Source: Thaumasiovibrio sp. DFM-14 (GTDB lineage Bacteria > Pseudomonadota > Gammaproteobacteria > Enterobacterales > Vibrionaceae). Taken from it: a stretch of 32,000 nt of DNA. The notes below the pieces were generated by a model. The model did no database searches and was not told where the DNA came from. It was given only the letters and a program-made list of their open reading frames with translations. Positions 27,563 to 32,000 of the stretch are shown piece by piece. Positions within the stretch are counted from its first letter, which is position 1, and every line of letters begins with the position of its first letter. The stretch spans positions 337,522 through 369,521 of the forward strand of contig NZ_JBLBVL010000001.1 of NCBI RefSeq assembly GCF_047250365.1, read 5' to 3'. The position numbers and the translations under genes were made by a program.

Positions 27563-28362
27563 TCAATGTCCTTGCTTACTTCTGAGTGTGCGGGTCCCAT
27601 TTGCCCCCACACATGAATATATCGACCAAGAGAGACAAATGGCTCTTGGCGGCATAACGATTGCTCCATTGCAATTAACTGCTGCTCGGTATAATCACCT
27701 AAGTAGTTGTTTTGCATATAATCATGGAACGTCCTCACCCCTGTTTTGCCTTTAATTACAAAATCATTTTTATGAAGGTGGGCATAAACTTCTTCAGGAA
27801 CAAGTCCTTTTTGTGGCTGCAACTTAAACCGTTTTCGGTGTGGCATACCCTGTTCGATATGGGTTAAGTTTCCACATGTGAGGTTTTTGAACAGTAGCCC
27901 CGTCTGGTTATAAAACATAATCGATGCATAACCCTGAGGCTTTAAGCATGCGAGAACTTGAGAAAGCCCCTCAAATGGCAATTTCAACCACTCCATTACT
28001 GCATGAAATAACACTAAATCCACTGGCTTGGGTAATTTTTGTGTCAGATCTTGCACCCCGCAATGTAAAAACTGAAAACGCTCAAGCAATCCTTCACGCT
28101 CAACCTCAATACGAGCCAATGCCAACATCTCTTGCGACACGTCGCACAAGATTATATTGTGACCTAGTTGCGCTAACTGCCGGGATAGATGCCCCAGCCC
28201 TCCACCTGCATCAAGTACAGTGAGGCTTTGTTTTGGGTGCTCCGCTAGGAGAGACTCCATATCCTGCCAAACAACAGCTTGGCGGATTTCGCCCTTGGTT
28301 GAGCCATAAATATTTTTGGCAAACTTGTGGGCGATGTCGTCGAAGTTACGGTCTTCTTTCAC
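27559..28362 (-). CDS. cmoM: tRNA 5-carboxymethoxyuridine methyltransferase CmoM (SmtA)
   Basis: 267 aa. [21 protein letters not shown] and VLDAGGGLG are colinear with E. coli CmoM. It is the first gene of the smtA-mukFEB operon. Confidence 0.88.
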   Translation of the reverse strand: MKEDRNFDDIAHKFAKNIYGSTKGEIRQAVVWQDMESLLAEHPKQSLTVLDAGGGLGHLSRQLAQLGHNIILCDVSQEMLALARIEVEREGLLERFQFLHCGVQDLTQKLPKPVDLVLFHAVMEWLKLPFEGLSQVLACLKPQGYASIMFYNQTGLLFKNLTCGNLTHIEQGMPHRKRFKLQPQKGLVPEEVYAHLHKNDFVIKGKTGVRTFHDYMQNNYLGDYTEQQLIAMEQSLCRQEPFVSLGRYIHVWGQMGPAHSEVSKDIE

Positions 28363-28478
28363 GATGGGCTTACATTAGTGTAACATGGATTCATTGACCT
28401 ATTTTCTCATAAGCCTGCAAGGAATAAAGCTTTGAGATGCACTTTGTCACTCAAGTGCTGCTTTTTCGGACGACATTG

Positions 28479-29270
28479 ATGTTTGAACTTAAAAAAATTA
28501 TCACCGCATTTATCATGCCACTACCTGCACTCCTACTTTTGGGGCTTTGTGGCATTATTGTTATTGGGCTGCTTAAGCGCCACCGCATCGGCTTAACATG
28601 CATTACAGCATCACTTTTAGGTATCTTTTTAATCAGTTTTCAACCTATCTCTACTCGCCTACTTGTTCCCGTAGAAAGGCATTACCCCGCATTTATCCCT
28701 CCAGAAACATCGATTGATTTTGTTATGGTGCTTGGTAGTGGGCATGTTGTTGACGAAGCCATACCCGTCACCTCCGAACTATCAAGAACAGCATTAATGC
28801 GTTTAGCCGAAGGGATTCGTATCTTGAATTTCTACCCACAAGCGCGTTTAATTCTATCCGGATATGACGGTGGCACCTCAATCAGCCATGCAAGAATGTT
28901 GGCAAAAGTTGCCATTGCGTTAGGCATCTCAAAGCAAAGAATTATCTTACTTGAAACGGCAAAAGATACCTGGGAAGAGGCGAATCAGTCACTGGCTATT
29001 ATACAAGATAAGCCATTTGTACTCGTGACGTCAGCGAGTCACATGCCAAGGGCGATCAACGAGTTTGAGCACATTAATATGAACCCAATTCCTGCACCAA
29101 CAAATTTCCTGGCCCATACAAATATCCAACAACCATGGGAAAAATACAGCCCTAAAGCCCGCTACCTCGAACAAACGGAAAGGTATTGGTACGAAACTCT
29201 CGGCCAATACTGGCAACAATTAAAACGCATGTTAATTGGTGCCGATGAACATATCTCAAACAACGGGTAG
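28479..29270 (+). CDS. elyC: Envelope biogenesis factor ElyC (YcbC, DUF218)
   Basis: The start was set at ATG 28479 (MFELKKIITAFIMPLP; E. coli has MLFTLKKVIGNMLLPLP). LVTSASHMPRA and the NPIPAP block are shared. The gene is divergent from cmoM, as in E. coli. Confidence 0.85.
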   Translation: MFELKKIITAFIMPLPALLLLGLCGIIVIGLLKRHRIGLTCITASLLGIFLISFQPISTRLLVPVERHYPAFIPPETSIDFVMVLGSGHVVDEAIPVTSELSRTALMRLAEGIRILNFYPQARLILSGYDGGTSISHARMLAKVAIALGISKQRIILLETAKDTWEEANQSLAIIQDKPFVLVTSASHMPRAINEFEHINMNPIPAPTNFLAHTNIQQPWEKYSPKARYLEQTERYWYETLGQYWQQLKRMLIGADEHISNNG

Positions 29271-29272
29271 AC

Positions 29273-29314
29273 AAAAAAAAGAAAACCCTAACATGCTTAG
29301 GGTTTTCTTTTTGT
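29273..29314. terminator. Bidirectional terminator between convergent elyC and the tfoX-family gene
   Basis: A8-GAAAACCCTAA-CATGC-TTAGGGTTTTC-TTTTTGTT: an 11-bp stem with A/T runs on both sides. Confidence 0.85.
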
Positions 29315-29350
29315 TCTTAACAAGTTTCATCTACGCATCGTAACGGTAGC

Positions 29351-29935
29351 TTACTGGATCTGCTTTTTTAACTCTTCTTTGTAACACTCATCAAGTAGCG
29401 TCCAATGTACATTTTTTACCGCACCAGCAAACATCCAAAGCATTTTGATTTCTGCTTCGCCCTGTTTTGCAACAACGCGTTTATAAACACCGACAGGGCC
29501 GAGCGACATAAATGTTTGCACATCCGGCACGCCAGATTTTTTCAATATTCTTTCTAGTGTCAAACGCATGTTAGGTAGGTCACGTATGCGTCTGTTCTTT
29601 CCTTGCGCTTTGGCCTCTTTCTCTCTTCTGGCCTGTGCTAAAGACTCTGCTACCAACGTATTGCATAGCTCCGGCTGTTCACGCCTCAATGCTGTAACAT
29701 CATAATAGTTAACTTCTGCTGTGCTACTGCGTTTAACGTGAATATATTTTCCGCACCCCAGTGATGAGAATTGATCATTCAACTCTGCCCCACCACGCAT
29801 ATAGAGTGCGTCTCCTGTCATAATTGCAAACATCGCTCCCTGATCAAACAACCCTGTACCACCAAACATTGAGCGTTGATCAAACGAGCCATAACTTTCT
29901 AGGTACCGCAAAAAATCTTCCTTGAGTGACGGCAT
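29351..29935 (-). CDS. TfoX/Sxy-family regulator, TfoY-like paralog
   Basis: 194 aa with a TfoX N-domain (RSMFGGTGLF) and C-domain (IRDLPNMRLTLERILKKSGV). The features YMRGGAELN, VNYYDV and MLWMFAGAV resemble my recollection of Vibrio TfoY more than TfoX. V. cholerae tfoY (VC1722) also lies a few genes from mukFEB (recalled). A GGAGG RBS lies 5 nt upstream. Confidence 0.75.
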   Translation of the reverse strand: MPSLKEDFLRYLESYGSFDQRSMFGGTGLFDQGAMFAIMTGDALYMRGGAELNDQFSSLGCGKYIHVKRSSTAEVNYYDVTALRREQPELCNTLVAESLAQARREKEAKAQGKNRRIRDLPNMRLTLERILKKSGVPDVQTFMSLGPVGVYKRVVAKQGEAEIKMLWMFAGAVKNVHWTLLDECYKEELKKQIQ

Positions 29936-30204
29936 GTGGCCTCCATGAACAAAAGAAATCGTGCCAAAAATGTTAACACTGTCTAAATTTCTACTGCTTT
30001 CTGCATGAAATGTAGTCTGGTTGCATCACGTCGCATATTCAAGTTTAGACAGAGTGATATGAGATTTCAGACATATTACGCAGTTCGAAATAACTCTGTA
30101 TGTGACACTTTTAACTCAACATGACATGACTCGCGCTTTTCTAAATCAGTCGATAGATGTTCAACTATCCTTAACATTACATAAACTTTTTATAGAGGTG
30201 AGTC

Positions 30205-30777
30205 ATGCATGTATTTCCCTCGACCACGCACCTCCTACCAGGAGGAAACACTGTTCTCGACTTAAATGGTCTTGATGAGTGCCAAGAAATGACTGCCATT
30301 CTTGATGACAGCCATGTTTTTGTTCTTTGCATGCTTGATGAATCGCAACAAAGAGATATAACAACGCTTTCAGCGATAGGCACTGTGGTAAAACAAACGG
30401 GGATGATCATACGCTCCCCTGAAAGAATGCGTATAACAATAGAGGGGTGCTACAAGGTAGAACTATTGGACATCACCCATACGGAACAACACCTACTTTA
30501 TGCTGAGATAAGGCGGGCTTCAAATTGGGCTGCAACTCCGATAACACCAGAATATCAACTACTGGCTGATAAACTGTTTGACCTCTTCCAATCAGTGCCA
30601 ATCATTAGTGACCAATATGGACGGCCTGAATTTGAAGATGTCAGTTGGGTTAGTCAGCGATGGATTGAAATATTACCATTAGAGTCCATACACAAACGAA
30701 TGCTTATCAGCCAACCGACACCGCAACTAGCGCAACGCTTCCTATTGAAACTTCTCACCTCGGAAACATGGATCTAA
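30205..30777 (+). CDS. Divergent LON N-terminal-domain-like protein (paralog of 8956-9537)
   Basis: 190 aa. It opens with FPSTTHLLPGGNTVLDL. The C-terminus WVSQRWIEILPLES......AQRFLLKLL parallels WVCCRWLELIPLSA......VQRYLLSML of the first copy. The canonical IFEPRY motif is absent. The RBS is GAGGTG. Confidence 0.6.
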   Translation: MHVFPSTTHLLPGGNTVLDLNGLDECQEMTAILDDSHVFVLCMLDESQQRDITTLSAIGTVVKQTGMIIRSPERMRITIEGCYKVELLDITHTEQHLLYAEIRRASNWAATPITPEYQLLADKLFDLFQSVPIISDQYGRPEFEDVSWVSQRWIEILPLESIHKRMLISQPTPQLAQRFLLKLLTSETWI

Positions 30778-30888
30778 TTATGAAAAACGGGTTCAATGTC
30801 ACACTGGCAGGCTACATCATTAGTAAAAACACGTATAATGAAGCGCACAGACCGTCGTTAAAATACAACAATAGCTATAAATCTAACT

Positions 30889-31809
30889 ATGACCCATTTA
30901 GCCTTAATGTGGCACACGCCTGCGCATAAGCAAATCTTGACTAGCATTAATAATGAATTTAGAACACGTGTTATCGATGCGATAAAATACAACAAACTAT
31001 CACTCCCACCGATCCCTGAAGTCGTGTTACGGATCCACAAAATATGTCAAGACGAAGACAGTGCAATTAGAGATATCGCGGATGCCTTAGTTGATGACCC
31101 TAGCCTTACTGCCTCTGTTATTCGAGCCGCCAACTCTGTTGTATTTAGCCCTTTAAACGTCACTTGCCATGATATTATTACCGCTGTTTCTCGTCTTGGC
31201 ATGTACCGCGTTAGAGATATTGTTACCGCTCAAGCCATTGAAGAACTAAAACGATCAGCGGAATTTAGCACTGAATGTAACAAGCTACTTGAAATCAGTG
31301 CTAACCAATCACGTTTATTGGCTGGTGCAACAACTTTAGTTTGCAACGGCATTATTAAACACAGTGATGAAAAAACCACGCTCGAACCGGAAAAAGCCCT
31401 TCTTGCCTGTTTACTGGCCGATATCGGGCTATTTTCACTAATTAAAGAGTACCAACTCTATCTTGAAGACGGGAACTTCCTCGATTTCAACATCGCGAAA
31501 GAGGTGTTTGCCCAAGGGTGTAACAAAGCCAGTATTTTGGTTTTAAAACATTGGGGCTTTGATAACGATTATTTAGAAGTCGCATCAAACAGTTACCTAA
31601 GCACTAAAAAAGAGGGCGAAACCCGTTACGTCGACTTAGCACGCATGGCGAACCACCTGCTACTCTTTCGTAATCAAGATGACAATTATTTTGAGCATGA
31701 AGTGGAGCTTGACCTTGCCGGGGCCGAAGCGATGTATGAATTAAGTAACCTCAGCAATCAAGAGTTTAAAAGCCAAATACAAGAAATCATTCGAAACAGC
31801 GGCCTTTAA
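30889..31809 (+). CDS. HDOD domain-containing signalling protein
   Basis: 306 aa. LPPIPEVVLRIHKICQDEDSAIRDIADALVDDPSLTASVIRAANSVVF......ITAVSRLGMYRVRDIV is the typical HDOD opening. The start codon is uncertain (M1 or M7, no clear SD). Confidence 0.78.
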   Translation: MTHLALMWHTPAHKQILTSINNEFRTRVIDAIKYNKLSLPPIPEVVLRIHKICQDEDSAIRDIADALVDDPSLTASVIRAANSVVFSPLNVTCHDIITAVSRLGMYRVRDIVTAQAIEELKRSAEFSTECNKLLEISANQSRLLAGATTLVCNGIIKHSDEKTTLEPEKALLACLLADIGLFSLIKEYQLYLEDGNFLDFNIAKEVFAQGCNKASILVLKHWGFDNDYLEVASNSYLSTKKEGETRYVDLARMANHLLLFRNQDDNYFEHEVELDLAGAEAMYELSNLSNQEFKSQIQEIIRNSGL

Positions 31810-31833
31810 GCCAGTGACTCACTGATTATCAAC

Positions 31834-31887
31834 ACAGAAGACAGGATGGGGCTAACGACCCCACCTTCTGTTCATACTTTATTGTTC
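31834..31887 (+). terminator. Possible terminator after the HDOD gene
   Basis: An imperfect hairpin, ACAGAAG..TGGGG-CTAACGA-CCCCA.CTTCTGT, followed by the T-rich TCATACTTTATTGTTC. Confidence 0.5.
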
Positions 31888-32000
31888 TGACTAACGATTT
31901 AGCTCAGTCAAAATTTGACCCTTCTTTGTTCATGGTGCTATCTTGCCCTTTTTATAAGCGGATTAAGCATCAATGATCGCCGGATTACTTCTCATTTTTA

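Noticed and set aside
30780-30863. A 27-aa ORF (MKNGFNVTLAGYIISKNTYNEAHRPSL) right after the second Lon-N gene.
   Set aside because: It has no RBS and no recognisable features, and it is too short to support from sequence alone.
1-32000. CRISPR arrays, rRNA genes, IS elements/transposases, integrases, and known multi-gene defence systems (CBASS, retron, BREX, Dnd and similar).
   Set aside because: No regularly spaced short repeats are present. No ORF has transposase, integrase, reverse-transcriptase, cyclase or large ATPase signatures other than MukB.

Overview
This window looks like a Vibrionaceae-like gammaproteobacterial chromosome segment made mostly of conserved housekeeping genes. The taxon call is inferred from protein similarity and gene order only. 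From left to right: (1) An accessory islet (1-2916) lies distal to a tRNA-Ser(GGA) gene. It carries a translationally coupled class-I SAM methyltransferase + HNH nuclease pair, and an 842-bp GC-rich insert with 185-bp terminal direct repeats around a phage-tail-like ORF. (2) alaE. (3) The divergent biotin cluster bioA | bioBFCD. (4) A LON N-terminal-domain-only protein, then mlc, asnS and aspC. (5) Three lineage-specific small genes, then gloC and ldtD. (6) A secreted Sel1-repeat protein and a lipoprotein. (7) The overlapping cmoM-mukF-mukE-mukB operon and elyC. (8) A TfoX-family (TfoY-like) regulator, a second divergent LON-N paralog, and an HDOD protein. The block elyC-cmoM-mukFEB-ldtD-gloC-aspC-asnS is colinear with the E. 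coli ~21-min region, apart from small insertions. No CRISPR array, rRNA, integrase or transposase was seen. The best candidate for something undescribed is the methyltransferase-HNH module at 50-1807 together with the mosaic structure next to the tRNA. The tfoY-like / LON-N / HDOD neighbourhood is a second place to look. All family assignments come from motif recognition and recalled homologs, not from database searches.
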